Of a stretch of 64,000 nt of DNA, positions 63,936 to 64,000 are shown piece after piece (position 1 is the first letter of the stretch; each line of letters starts with the position of its first letter). The notes beneath the pieces were generated by a model. That model ran no database searches. It saw only the letters and a list, made by a program, of their open reading frames with translations, and had not been told where the DNA came from. Origin of the DNA: Octopus sinensis (Eukaryota). The DNA lies in contig NC_042999.1 in assembly GCF_006345805.1 (NCBI RefSeq), forward strand, positions 141,050,001-141,114,000, read 5' to 3'. The translations under genes were made by a program, and so were the position numbers.

Positions 63936-64000
63936 CTCTGTGTGTCAAAAATAATAGTGCTTGACTATTAGTTGAATCTATCATGAAGGTCATTTTGCTC

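Overview
AT-rich, microsatellite-dense eukaryotic DNA, either intergenic or one large intron. No host protein-coding exon, tRNA/rRNA gene or CRISPR array could be supported. The repeat families resemble the tRNA-derived SINEs described from octopus, so a coleoid cephalopod source is inferred from recall, not verified. Almost all interpretable sequence is transposon-derived. DNA transposons: a decayed full-length Tc1 (9210-10477), a near-intact DD34D mariner nested in a SINE (38573-39863), a full-length decayed Tigger/pogo (41738-44243), a non-autonomous Helitron (ends at 6261), an 8-bp-TSD MITE carrying TTAGGG repeats (13724-14126), a 162-bp foldback element and a TTAA MITE. Retroelements: fragments of Penelope-like, CR1, RTE and R4/Dong elements, plus dozens of copies of at least four SINE-like families, labelled A-E here as working names. 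The most notable signals are (1) degenerate minimal type I hammerhead-ribozyme motifs in a dispersed short repeat (minus strand, ~22311-22350 and ~60144-60180, weaker at ~16303-16333), (2) a 61-bp hairpin-unit array inside an RTE-tailed repeat, (3) a mariner whose only frameshifts lie in C homopolymers, and (4) stacked SINEs inside (AAT)n tracts. Many ORFs in the supplied track are microsatellite artefacts, and most of the rest are short AT-rich frames with no recognisable product. Coordinates of degenerate repeats are approximate, within about 20 bp.
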